A stretch of 64,000 nt of DNA from the human T2T-CHM13v2.0 reference genome, Homo sapiens, in the NCBI RefSeq assembly GCF_009914755.1, contig NC_060930.1; one strand, 5' to 3'. Every line of letters starts with the position of its first letter. Position 1 is the stretch's first letter. The notes beneath the pieces were generated by a model that worked only from the letters and a program-made list of their open reading frames with translations, was not told where the DNA came from and did no database searches. Below, piece by piece: positions 15,726 to 29,300 of this stretch. Position numbers and translations under genes: made by a program.

Positions 15726-15935
15726 CAGTGTTTCTCAACTGGGGGAAATTTTACCCTCCCTCCCCAAGTGATATTTGCCAATTTCTTGAGACATTTTTCA
15801 TTCTCATAACTAAGAAGAACTGCTGGGTAAAGACCAGAGATGCTGTTAAACATTCCATACTGCACTCGACAGTCTCTCTCCACAAATAATAATTTGCTCC
15901 AAAATTATCAATAGTGCCAAGGTCCAGAAATCCTA
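15726..15935 (+). mobile_element. MER20 (hAT-Charlie)
   Basis: cagtgtttctcaactggggg...caatagtgccaaggtccagaaatcct. 8-bp TSD atatagag (15718-15725) / atataaag (15936-15943). Confidence 0.9.
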
Positions 15936-16481
15936 ATATAAAGAAATTTGAAGGCTCCACTGACAAAAACATTTGAGTGGATTTATCACAGCAAGCCACT
16001 CATCTACTCCTACCTATGTCACCTAGGTTGGCCTAAAGGACATTCCTTCTCCAATCAAGATATTTAGAAGTACATTGCTGGGGAGCACTTGCATATTTGG
16101 AAAGCTCTGCACTAGCTGCCTTCTGCAGACAGGTAATTACAGTGGGAAAAACTTCCACTGAAATGAATTGATTCCCTGAAATAATTGTGAATGATGGATC
16201 TTGCAGTATAGAGGCCACTCAGTAGCCAAAGACAAGAAGGGTATGGGTATTGTTGGTAGAAGGGCTGGAGCAATAATCAGAGAAAAACAAACATCCTTGG
16301 TAATGACTACAACTTATCATGAAGTCTCTAGAACTGAAATATGGTTTTCTAGAGAGAAAGCAATGGTGATGCCTAAGATCAATTTTCTAGAACTGAAATA
16401 AATGGGTGGCCTACTGAAATCTTACTTGGTCTGTGTAAACCAAAATTTCTAGGTATTGTGAACACAGATCAGATTGGGGCC

Positions 16482-16848
16482 TCTCTTAGCCTGTTTGGTC
16501 TTCTGTAGTAGAATACTACAGACTGAGTGGCTTATAAACAACAGAAATTTATTTCACGTAGTTCCAGAAACTGAGAAGTCCAAGATCAAGATGCTGAAAG
16601 ATCCTGTGTCTGGTGACAGGCACACTTCCTCATACACAGAGATCTTCTCACTCTAACCTCACATGGTAGAAGGAGTGAAGTGTCTCACTGGGGACTCAGG
16701 TTTTATAAGGGCACTAATCTTATTCTTGAGGGCCCTGTCCCCATGATCTAATCACCTCTTGAAGTCCTCACATCCTAATAGTATCACCTTGGGGGTGAGA
16801 ATTTCAACATATAAATCTGGGGGGACATAAACATTCAAACCAAAGTAA
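16482..16848 (-). mobile_element. MLT1A/MLT1A0 solo LTR
   Basis: gtggcttataaacaacagaaatttattt...gaagtccaagatcaag...tttataagggcactaatc...gggggacataaacattcaaacc. Confidence 0.85.
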
Positions 16849-17876
16849 GGCACCACAATTTATAGGTCTTAACTAAATTAGACTAGAGCCAGTCCACAGG
16901 TTCAAGCCCTTTGTGTGAAGGGAATACAGGTCACCTTGCGAAAGGATCCAAAGACAAACCATGCATTTGTACAGTGTATTCTCTTCTTAGCTTTCTCCAA
17001 AGAAACCTGCCTCCATTTACCATGGTGACTATGCACTGGGCAAAGGGGAAATATCAATACATTTTAAGGATTGCTAGACATTGGCTGTGAGCTGATACTC
17101 AGACATCAAAGGATCTAATGCTACTAGAAGCCAGTCAGAATGGAGACTTACAGAGGCCAGTTGGTAACTGTCCTTCTCAAACAGGATAATTAACCAAAAG
17201 TTACCATATCCTTGGGAGAGCTACAATAATTATTGCCACCATGAAAGACTTGCAAGATGCAGGGGTAGTGGTTATTACCATATTCTCATTAACTCAACAT
17301 ATGGATAGAACTTTGAGAGAGATAGTGAAGATGGACAGTAAAGCATCATAAATCAGGTGATGACTGCAATTGTAGCTACTGTTCTCAAGGCACAGTCCTG
17401 GGAAGGTGAAATAATTTCTAGGAAAGAAATTGAATTTGTAACCAAGTGGAACATTTCAGGAGCTCAACTAGAAATCAACCTTGCCTCTCTGAGGACCTAG
17501 ATGTCAAGATGAACTAGGAGTTCAGTCAATGCCTAGTGATTAAATTAGAGGTGAAAGGCTGGCCAGAAAACAATACTGGTGGCTAAGATCAAGATAGGGA
17601 TGGGAGAACAGAGAGTATCAAAGAGACTGATAGCATTTAAATTTGGGCCACCACAGCAGAGCCGTGAGACTATGAGATAGTTTTAAGTGCATCTCATGTG
17701 TGTCCAGAAATTATCTCACCTGAACATAGAAAAATATGAATGGAGAGCTTCTGTGGGACTCGAATAGAGAAGTATATGGCCAGATAAATGAAAGCAAGTG
17801 ATAGACCTTGGATCTCAAGAGGATGAACCTCAAATAGCTTTGATCTGCCAGGAGTGGGTATAAAAGGATTGTCTCA

Positions 17877-18505
17877 ATGGAAAACCATATGGCATTTTCT
17901 TAAAAGGTTAAAAATAGAACTACCATATAATCCAGCAATCCCGCTTCTGTATATTTATCCAAAAGAATTGAAATCAGGATCTTGAAGAAATATCTGCACT
18001 TTCATGTTCATTACAACATTATTCACAATAGCCAAGATGTGAAAACAACTCAAACGTCCATCAGTAGATGAATGGATAAGGCAGATGTGATATACACATA
18101 CAATGAAATGTTTGTTATTCAGCCATAAGAAAGAAGGAAATCCTGCCATATGTGACATGAATGCACCTTGAAGATATTATGTTAAGTGAAATAAGCCAGT
18201 CACAGAAGTACAACTACTATACAATACCACTCATACAAGGTAGCTAAAATAGTCAAACTCATAGAAACTAAAAGTAGAATGGTGGTTGCCTAGGGGAGGG
18301 AGAAATGGGGAGTTGTTTTTCAACATGTATGAAGTTTTATTTTTGCAAGATGATTAAGTTCTAGAGATCTGTTATACAACATTGTGCTTATAATTCACAG
18401 TACTGCTCACATAAAAAATGTTAAGAGGGTAGATCTCATTATGTGTTCTTACCAAAATAAAAATAAACAAATAAATAACACAGGAACAAAAATCACAAAC
18501 AAACG
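17877..18505 (+). mobile_element. L1MB/L1MA10-type 3' end
   Basis: aaatagaactaccatataatccagcaatccc...gttaagagggtagatctca and A-rich tail. Degenerate TSD aaaaggattgtctca (17862-17876) / aaaagggtcacctca (18506-18520). Confidence 0.85.
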
Positions 18506-18809
18506 AAAAGGGTCACCTCAGGCAAGTGGCAATGAATACCTAAGGTAGCCCCATGCTTGGGGGCTTCCCAAAGAGCATCACACGTTATTTTAAACAGAGT
18601 TGCTCAGATGTGACTTTTCCCAAGATGTTATTACTTTCATATGACCCATTATCACAGGCAGAAGAGCTTCGAAAGGCATAATGTAAGAACTATTTAAATA
18701 GCAATAGACATACATTACTTCTGTCATTATAAAAGACTACCTAATTTATATGATTGGTAGGCAATATCTTTAATATGCTCAGTTCAGCAGTGTCTGCGAA
18801 GGGAACAAT

Positions 18810-19005
18810 GAAGCACTAAGTGCATAGCATATTATCCCCAGGAGCCAGGCAGGCACTTAAAGATGCACATTAACATTTTTCAGGCCCTATTTGAACAGAA
18901 ATATGGGTCTTCTGGAATTATGGTGAATTATCATGAACTCAATTAAGTGGTATCTCCAATAATATCACGTGCTACATTACCGTGATTAGACTTCTATTAC
19001 TGGAT
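18810..19005 (+). mobile_element. second ERVL RT N-terminal relic
   Basis: cagaaatatgggtct...ccaata translates QKYGSSGIMVNYHELN*VVSPI, resembling the ERVL QKxDGSWRMTVDYRKLNQVVTPI block. Confidence 0.55.
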
Positions 19006-20899
19006 CTAAAAAACACAAAAATAAAAATCTGAACACTTTATTTCCAGAAAAAAAAATTTTATCCTTCAGTGAAGAGATTCCTAAGGCCACGCCAATTGAT
19101 AACCACTTAAAAGTTTTGCCTCCTGTTATCACCATGTAGCCATAAAGCCTATAAACTCTAACACTAATGCAATGTTTCTCCAAAGGGCTGAAGAACTTGT
19201 TAAATTGCCTTAAAAGCACAGCTTATTTCTGGAAAGTGGCCTAAGCATGAAGGCGAATGTGTTTACTTGCCTACATATAATGAACCATACATCATTTTCT
19301 CAATACCCCAGTTACTTACACTAGAAGTTTTTGGTTAGGATAAAGATTGCTGTTTTATGTTCTCAGCGAGAAAAGTTTGATTTCAGAGAAGTAGAGAAAT
19401 GCACTTTGCTTTTGGGGTGATTTATTTTGGGCACCTTAATTTGAGTCTTCATTCCAGAATGCACTCATCTCATCCTTTAATAGCATGCCTACTGTTCAAG
19501 CCACTCAGCCAATTCTGAGAAAGGATTAATCCATTTCAACATCAGCAGCAAGATGGACACTCCAGTACAGCAGATGTGCACTCTTCTCTGTAATTACTTT
19601 CAGCTCTTGCTTTGCCCTTTCCTGTCTCTTTGAAATTTAACATTAATGGAATCAGAATGGCATTTACCCAGGGATCAGTTCCAGATTGTGTGAAATGCAC
19701 CAAAAAAAAAAAAAACAAAAACAAAGAGGTTTTGACATAGTAAGTCTACTAATCACTTTTTGTGACTGGAATTAGCCAACAGTTAGCTTTGAGTAGAAAA
19801 GATTAAGAATGTCACATATTTAATCTGAGGAAAGAGAAATTAATAATCCCGCTTCTATTCCTGCCCCTTACTATCAAACACCATATTAGCTAAAGCCAGA
19901 ACCCCAGAGTAATAATCCAGAACTCTGACATAGCCTAGAGGATGGCCATTCTATGGAAACATATATGGTGCAACTGTGAGATGTCAACCAGACATACAGA
20001 AGTTGAGACTGAGTTGGGAGCCAGAAAGGTGGAGCAGCAGTGAGAAAGAGTAAAGTTTGAGTCCAAAACCATAGCAAAAATGGATTTGAGGAATGTTCCA
20101 AATCTCCCACACTCTGCTGCCAGAGCCCAGCGTTGCATGAGAACTGAATGCTAATTTTCCTTTTAAGGATAATAGCTATATTTCCTTACTCAAGTACTTT
20201 ATAAATGTCATAAGGTGAAGAAAATTTTATTATTTAAGCAGTTGTCTCCTAAATTCCTCTTAGAAGAATCATCTTCCTTTGGAGAAATATCTTGATAATT
20301 GATTAGGAAAAAAAGCTCTACTAGGGCTCTGTATTTTTAGTGTCTTCCAGATTTCAGAGAAGGGAGAAACCTTCTCTATTTGATGCACCATGGATATTTA
20401 ACTCCAGAAAGTGAATGGTAGAGAAAAGGCATGAGAGAGTGAGGAGTAGCAACATGGAGGGCAACCCAGACCTGGAGATGATTAAATGCCCCTGAGATAT
20501 GGTTCAAGAATAGAGCCGCTAATGTTTTCCCTTCAGGGTTGGTTTTGCTAATGGAATCCCCCCTCCAACTTCACTCTTCTCCCTACCAATTTTCAGTAAA
20601 AATCACTGAATCACGAGCCTTTAAATTGCATTTTTAAATTAGAAATGTTTTGAAGACTGTATAGGAAAAAAGAGAAGTTTTCACTGAGGATGTTAGAATG
20701 CAGGGAAGAGGCAGCCAAGGAGCGCACCACAGAGGGGAGCCACAGTGACCCCAGAATGTAAGTTTCCAGGAGGTGGACAGAGGTTTCGAGAAACCCTTCA
20801 GACTTTTGAAGATTGTAAAACTCGCAAAGGAATAAGCCAATTTGCCAGTCTCAGATCTTAAAGAGCAGGTAGGTTCCAAGTTGACATCTAGAAAAGAAA

Positions 20900-21020
20900 G
20901 CCATCTCATTCAATCCTCATAGAATCCTATCATTAGCCGCATTCTGAAGATGAAGAAATGTAGGCCCAGGGTCATTCCCAATGTCACTAATTTAGTAAAT
21001 TGCAGAGGAGGATCACAAAA
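20900..21020 (-). mobile_element. MIR fragment
   Basis: tctcattcaatcctca...cattctgaagatgaagaaatgtaggcccag. Confidence 0.6.
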
Positions 21021-21709
21021 CTATCCCAAAGGACATGACCTCAACCAGTATAATACAAAATTTTTTTGCCTCATATTTTGACACTGAATCCTCCCTTAGT
21101 CAAATACTGTCCATCCTTTAAGATTAGTTTTCCTTCCCCAAACTACACTGACTTCTTAGACTCTGAAATTCCACATCCCCCATTGACTCTTTAAAGTTCT
21201 TTCCTGAGTATAAATATAATCATGGCTCATCCATCTTTTGTGAAAACAAAAGAACTTCTCCAATTATGTTTTCCTACTTCTTTTTCTCATAATTAAAATC
21301 TTAAAATATCACTGTACTTTTTTTCTTTTCCATTCACTTTTCTGCCTGTTGCATCTGCCTGCTGTCCCCACCAAGGTAAGGGGTAGTCTCCTAATTCCAG
21401 TACTCAACAGACAATTTCAGCCTTCACCTCATTTGCTTTCTTTGAGCATCTGACACTCTTCACAAAGCCTTACCTCCATCACTGTGGGACCTCTTAGATT
21501 CATCTCTCTCCTTCCTGTACTCTTCTTCCAGCTACTGCTAAAATTCCGTCGTAGTCACTGGTGCCTGCTACTCTTAATCTCTCCCTGGAATACTTATCAC
21601 AGATTCTGTAGATAAGGCTTATATGCTTGTAAGGGAGCCTCCTGAAATAGAGACACGTTATTTTGTACACGTGCATTTTTTCCTAGCCAAAGTATTCTCT
21701 CACTCAATA

Positions 21710-22960
21710 GTGTTCATTTTCACAAATATTTATGAAGGAAATAAGTCATTAAAAATAAGCCACAAAGATCTTTGTGAAATAATATTAGGCAATAAGCTAT
21801 GAACACAATAAATAAGCAAATGATAAAATCTTTAAAGGACTCCAGGAAAAATAGAACAAATTAAAGGGGACCACAAGGGCCATGGGGAGGATTGGGATGG
21901 CTAAGGGACGGGTAGTTAGGGAAGACTTCATCAAGAATGTAATGGTTAATCAAAGACTTAAAAGACATGAAGAGTTGCCATGTTTTTAATAAGTCAATTA
22001 GAGGGAACAGCAAGTTCCCTAAGAGGGGCAAAAGTGATGGTAAAAGAGAAAGTAATTTTAAATATAGAGAATTATTCCAGCTTGTGTGTTGATGGAAATG
22101 ATTGATCAGAGAATAAAAAATTGATGAGACAGGCAAAAGGAGAGATTGCAGCAGCAATGTCCTTGAGTAGGCAAGAGGTTGGGAGATCTGGCATATATCT
22201 GGAATGCTTTCAACAGGAGTGTGGAGACTTTACTCATAATAATACACAAGAAAGAAAGGTATGTGTGCTGGATTCTGATGGGAGTTAGGTATAATGAAGG
22301 GATTCTATAGAAGTTTTCATGTAAATTCTCCAATTTTCTCAGTGAAATAAAAGGCAAGTTCATCTCCTGAGAATGGGGAAGAAATGGAAGGTAGGCATTG
22401 AGATTTTGAAAGCATAAAAGAAGACATATTAATAAAATAGCCATCTAGTATAATAAAAGATAAAGAAATCTTGCCTGATTACCAGGCGATACTTGAAAGT
22501 CCAAATTGAAATCCAATGTCAAAAATATAAAAATGTGACCAGTTGCCATGGTAGTGTATTCTTTTCTAGCCACAATCATTTGAACAGGTGCAGGCACAGA
22601 TAATAGGTGAAGGATTGAACTTAACTAGGGCTATTGCTTTATCAAGTAAGTATAATGAAGCAAGAGGCAACAAATGATTAGATTATTTGACCATGGATTT
22701 AAGGTGCACAAGCAGAGATTGTGAGCCCTGAAGGGGCAAAGGATAGTAAAAAGACAGTAGATGAAAAAGGTAAAAACTCTAGATTGTTGGTCCCAGTAGG
22801 GGTAGGGGAATTGTCAGAGTTAATATACTAGAGGGAATGAGCTGGAAATATAGGAAGTAGTGGTTGGAGATTAGGATGAATAAAAATAAGATCTTGCAGG
22901 GATTGGATGTATTGATAATGAAAATGTCTACAGCATGACTGTGTGACTAATGAGGTTTGT
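21710..22960 (-). mobile_element. L2 fragments
   Basis: Purine-rich on +, with L2-antisense blocks such as gcaatgtccttgagtaggcaagagg and ttagggaagacttc. Confidence 0.6.
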
Positions 22961-22972
22961 CAAAGAACTTAA

Positions 22973-23345
<373 letters not shown>

Positions 23346-23389
23346 AAGTATTGCATGTTTTTATAACTTTCTGTCTACACATCCAGCTT

Positions 23390-24320
23390 AGGTACTCTCT
23401 AACTTTTGGCCATCTCTACTTGAATGTGGAATAAGTACTTCAAATATAACATGTCCTGGGGTTAACTCACCATTTTCCCCTAACCATTCCCCCTCCATCA
23501 ACTGACCCAGATAATGGCATCATTCATCCAATCCACTTAAGGCAGAAACCTGGACTTACTAGACTCTTCTTTCCTTCCCTTACCAACAACATTAAAACAA
23601 TTAACAGTCTCCATTGATTTAATCTCTTAAATCTATATTTTAAACAGTCCTCTTTCTCCAGTTTCACTCCTGCAGGCTAAAATTTATATCCTCACAATCT
23701 TGAAATTTGATTATTATGGCAATTTCTCAGTCTCTTTGCTATGGTTTTGTTCATTCTTAAACCTGTTTTCCATATTCCCTTAGAACATTGCTTCAGGATA
23801 AAATGCACACTCCTTAGTGAAACGGAATAGCTGCTTATTATCTTGTGCTTGCACTATTCCTCCCTCACCTTTTGCTAATTACCAGCACACCACAATCACC
23901 CATGTTGAACTACAATAAACTCCTCAAAGACACTCTCTTTTTTTTATAACTCTTTATCTTTGCAAAGGTAGAGTCTCTACTTTTCTTTCTTCCAAGAATG
24001 CTCATCCTATCCCACCTCCTTCATCTGGCTAACAATTGCTCATCCTTCAAAGACAACTCAAGCACGCTCTGTTCCAAAAAGCCTTCTCAGGGGTTGTTTG
24101 TAGGTTTAAGATATGCACCAATATGTCACCAAAGCATCCTATTCTTATCTATATTCAGACATTTTCATACTGTAAATTTTACTTTGAATTTGCGTGTTTT
24201 CTCTCTGGACTGTGAGTTCTTGTGGGCAGAACTTTGTTTTTTCAGTTGAACTTTCTATAGTTCTTAACACTCTGGGCACAAAATAGGCAATCAATGTGCA
24301 TTTTCAAAATAAATGATTGA
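23390..24320 (+). mobile_element. L2 fragment to 3' end
   Basis: atccacttaaggcagaaacctgga...ctggactgtgagttcttgtgggcag...ggcacaaaataggcaatcaat. Confidence 0.7.
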
Positions 24321-24404
24321 CGCAATTCTACAATTTATAGTGTTTTAGTGATATGGGTTCACATACTGGGATCTCAATTACATGAAAATTCAAGGGGAGG
24401 ACAA

Positions 24405-26311
24405 TTCTTTCATATTTTGCTTTATTGTGTTTTGCAGATACTGAATTTTTGCAAATTGAAGGTTTGTTTCAACCCTGCATTTAGAAAGTTTATCAGCACC
24501 ATTTTCCAACAGCATGTGCTCACTCCATGTCTCTGTCATATCTTGATCATTCTCACAATATCCCAAACTTGTTCACTATTATTATATCTGTTATGATGAC
24601 CTGAGATCAGTGATCTTTGATGTTAATATTTTAATTGTTTTGAGGTACCATGAACCATACCCATATAAATAAGATGGTGAACATAAGACATACATACATG
24701 TGTTCTGACTACTTCACAGACTGACTGTTCTCTCAACTCCCTCCCTCTTCTCCTGCCTTCCTATTCCCTGAAACACAATAATATTGAAATTAGGCCAAGT
24801 AATATCCTACAATGACCTCTAAGTGTTCAAGTGAAAGAAAGAGTCCCATGTCCCTCACCTTTTTTTTCATAATTTCAACATTCACTTTAGATTCAGTTCA
24901 GGTGGCACATGTGCAGGTTTGTCACATGGGTATATTGTGTAGTGGTCAGGTTTGGGATACGAATGATCTTATGACCCAGGTAGTGAGCATAACACCCAAT
25001 AGGTAGTTTTTCAGCCCTTGTCCCCATCTCTGTCTCCCACCTCTAGTGGAAGGGAGTCCTCAGTATCTACTGTTCCCAACTTTATTCCATGTGAACCCAA
25101 TGCTTAGCTCCCATTTACAAATGAGAACACGTGCTATTTGGTTTTCTGATCCTGAATTAATTCACTTAGGATAATGGCCTCCAGCTACACCCATGTTGCT
25201 GCAAATGATATTATTTTTTCATTTTTGTGGCTGCATAGTATTCCACTGCATGTATGTACTATATTTTCTTTATTCAATCCACCATTGATGGGCATCTAGG
25301 TTAATATCTTTGCTATAGTGGATAGTGCTGCAATGAACATATGAGTGTATGTGTCTTTTGGTAGAATGATAACTTTTCCTTTGGGTATATACCCAGTAAT
25401 GGGATTGCTGGGTCCAATGGTAGTTCTGGTTTAAGTTCTTTGAGAAATCTCCAAACTGCTCTCCACAATGGCTGAACGAATTTACATTCCCACCAAAAGT
25501 GCATAAGCATTTCCTTTTCTCTGCAGCCCCACCAACATTTTTCACCTTTTTATGACAGCCATTCTGATTGGTTTGAGATGGCATCTCATTATAGTTTTGA
25601 TTTGCATTTCTCTTATTATTAGTGATGTGGAGCATTTTTTCATATGTTTGTTGGCCACTTGTATGTCTTCTTTTGAGAAGTGTCTGTTCACATCCTTTGC
25701 CCATTTTTAAATGAGATTACTTGTTTTTTGCTTGTTAAGTTCCTTATAGATTCTCGAAATGAGATCTTTTTCAGATGCACAGTTTGTGAATATTTTCTTT
25801 CATTCTGTAGGTTGTCTGTTTACTCTATTGATAGTTACTTTTGCTGAGCAGAAGTACTTTAGTTTAATTAGGCACTACTTGCTGACTTTAGTTTTTGTTG
25901 CAGTTGTTTTTTATAATTTAGTCATAAATTCTTTCTGAAGGCAGGTGTCCAGAATGGTATTTTCTAGCTTTTCTTATAAGATTCTTACAATTTGAGGTCT
26001 TACATTTAAATATTTAATTCATGTTGAGTTAATTTTTGTATATGGTGAAAGTTAAGGGTCTAGTTCCATTCTTCTGCATATGACTAGCCAGTTATCTCAG
26101 CACAGTTTATTGAATAGGGAATCTTTTCCCCATTGCTTATTTTTGTTGACTTTGTTGAAGATCAGATGACTGTACGTATGCAGCTTTATTTCTGGGTTCT
26201 GTATTCTGTTGCATTGATCTATGTGCCTGTTTTTGTACCAATACCATGCTGTATTGTTTACTGCAGCCTTACAGTACAGTTTGAAGCTGGGTTAATGTGA
26301 TGCCTTCAATT

Positions 26312-26342
<31 letters not shown>

Positions 26343-29300
26343 TTTTTTGCTTAGTATTGCTTTGGCGATTCAGGGTCTTTTTCGGTTCCAAATGAGTTTT
26401 AGAACAGTATTTTCTAATGTTTTGAAGAATGACACTGGTAGTTTGATAGGAATAGCATTGACTGTGTAGATTGCTTTGGCAGTATGTCCATTTTAATGAT
26501 ATTGGTTCTTCCAATCCATGAGCATGGAATGTTTTTCCATTTGCTTGTGCCATCTTTGATTTCTTTCAGCAGTGTTTTGTAGTTATTCTTGTAAAGATAT
26601 TTTAACTCTTTCATTAGATGTACTCCTAGCTATTTTTGTGGCTGTGGTAAATGGAATTGCATTGTTGATTTGGCTCTCAGCTTAAACACTATTGGCGTAT
26701 AGAAATGCTACTGATTTGTGTACATTGATTTTGTTTCTTAAAACTTTACTATAGCTGTTTATGAGTTCTAGGAGACTTTTGGTGGAATTTTTAGGATTTT
26801 CTAGGTATGGAATAATATTTTCCATGAGGAGAAATAATTTGACTTATTTCCTATTTGGATACCTTTCATTTCTTTCTCTTGCCTGATTGCTCTGGCTATG
26901 ACTTCTAATACTATGATGAGTAGGAGTAGTAAGAGAGATCATCCTTGTCTTGATCCTGTTCTCAATGGTAATGTATCCACATTTTGCCCATTAAGTATGA
27001 TATTGGCTGTGAGTTTGTCAGAGATGACTCTTATTACTTTGAGTTATGTTCCTTTGATGTTTAGTTTGTTGAAGGTTTTTTATCATGAAGGGATGTTGCA
27101 TTTTATTGAAAGCTTTTTCATTGTCTATTGAGATGATCATATGGGTTTTGTTTTCAATTCTGTTTATGTGGTGAATCACACTTATTGATTTGTGTATACT
27201 GAACCATCCTTGCATCCCAGGAAGAAAGCCTACTTGATCATATTGAATTAGCTTTTTGATGTGCTGCTGGATTCAGTCTGCTAGTATTTTGTTGAGGATT
27301 TTGGCATCTATGTTCACCAGGGATATTGGCTGTTTTCTTTTCCCTGGGTCCTTCCCAGGTTTGAGTATCAGAGTGATTATGGCTCCATACAGTAAGTTGC
27401 AGAAAAGTCTTTTCTCCTCAGTTTTTTGGAAGTTTCAGCAGAATTGATACCAGCTCTTCTTTATACGTCTAGTAGAATTCAGTTGTGAATCCATCTAGTC
27501 CAGGGCTTTTTTTGGTTGGTAGATTTTTTTTATTATTATTACTGATTCATTTTCAGAGCTTAATATTAATCTGTTCAAGATTTCAATTTCTCCCCCATTC
27601 AGTCTTGGGTGGGTGTCTGTTTCTGGGAATTTGCCATTTCTTCTAGATTTTCTAATTTGTCTGCACAGAGGAGTTTGTAATAGGTTCTGAGGAACTTCTG
27701 TATTTCTATGGGATCGGTTGTAATGTCATCTGTCATTTCTGATTATGCTTATTTGAAAGTTCTCTCTTTTTTCTTTGTTAATCTAGCTGGCACTCTGTCA
27801 ACCTTGTATATCCTTTCAAAGAACCAACTTTTGGTTTAATTGTATGCATTTTTGGTTCTCAATTTCATTCAGTTTTGCCTGATTTTAGTTCTTTCTTTTC
27901 ATCTGCTAGCTTTGGAGTTCGTTCGTTCTTATTTTTCTAGCTCCTCTAGTTGTGATATTAGATTAGTAACTTGAGATATTTCTATTGCTTTTTGATGCAG
28001 GTGTTTCGTGCTGTCAACTTTTTTTCTTAATACTGCTTTTGCTGCATCCCAGGGATTTTGATGTGTTGTATCTCTGTTTTCATTTACTTCAAATGATTTT
28101 TTGATTTCTGCCTTAAATTCATAGTTTACCCAAAAGTCATTCAAGAGCAAGTTGTTTAATTTCCATGTATTTATGTGGTTTTGAGAGATCTTCTGAATAT
28201 TGATTTCTATTTTATTCCACTGTGTTCTGAGAATATATTTGGTATCATTTTGATTTTTAAAAAAAAATTATTAAGACTTACTTTATAACCAAGGATGTGG
28301 TCAATCTTAGAGTACGTTCCATGTGCAGATGAGAAGAATGTATATTCTGCGGTTGATGGGTGGAGTGTTCTGTAAATGTCTATTAAGTTTAATTGGTCAA
28401 ATGGTGAATTTAAGTATACAATTTCTTTATTGGTTTTCTGCCTCAATGATCTGTCAAATGCTGTCAGTGGGGTGTTGAAGCCCCCCTCTATTATTGTGTG
28501 GCTTTCTACATATTTTCATAAGTATAGAAGTACTTGTTTTATGAATCTGCCCGCTCCAACATTGGGTGCATATACATGTAGAATAATTAAGTCTTGTTGA
28601 ATTGAATCCTTTATCATTATATAATGCCCTTCCTTTTTCACTGTTGTTGGTTTAAAGTCTTTTGGTTGCTATTTAAGAATAGCATCCTCTGCTCATGTGT
28701 GTGTGTGTGATAAATTTTTCTCCATCCCTCTACTTTGAGCCTATGGGTGTCATTACTTATAACATGGGTCTCTTAAAGACAGCAGAAGGATGGGTTTTGT
28801 TTTGTTTGTTTTGTTTTATCCAACTTGCCACTCAATGTGTTTAAGTGGGATGTTTAGGCATGTCTCTCAGTTTAAATTAAAAGCCACAAATGATTACGCC
28901 TAGTAAGAAAGGCATGTCATAAGCTGAGAAATGCTGAAAGTTAGGCCTCTTGTGCTAGTTAGCCAAGTTGTGAATGCAAAAAAAAAGTTATTAAAGAAAA
29001 CTAAAAATGCTACTCCAGGGAACACGCAAATAACAAAAAAAAAAGTGAAACAGTCTTTATGGCTTATACGGAAAAAGTTTTACAAGTCTGAATAGAATTT
29101 CAAACTAGCCACAACATTCCCTTAAACTAAAGCCTAATCCAGAGCAAGACTGTCTCTTTAATTCTATGAAGGCTGCAAGCGGTGAGAAAGCTGCAGGAAA
29201 AAATGTTTGAAGCTAGCAGAGGTTGCTTCATGTGGTTTGAGGAAAGAAACCATCCCCATAACACAAAAGTGCAAGGTGAAGCAGCAACTGCTAATGAAGA

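Larger units (their letters stand above)
15330..17390 (+). mobile_element. ERVL internal relic (gag-pro-RT start), interrupted by MER20 and MLT1A
   Basis: Hand translation: WE*ILRVLDQ (15520-15549) and FIDICTFTKNCGFSVLA (gag); VTMHWAKG and GLLDIGCELIL (17068-17100, protease); ATMKDLQDAGVV (~17235, RT N-terminus). Confidence 0.8.
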
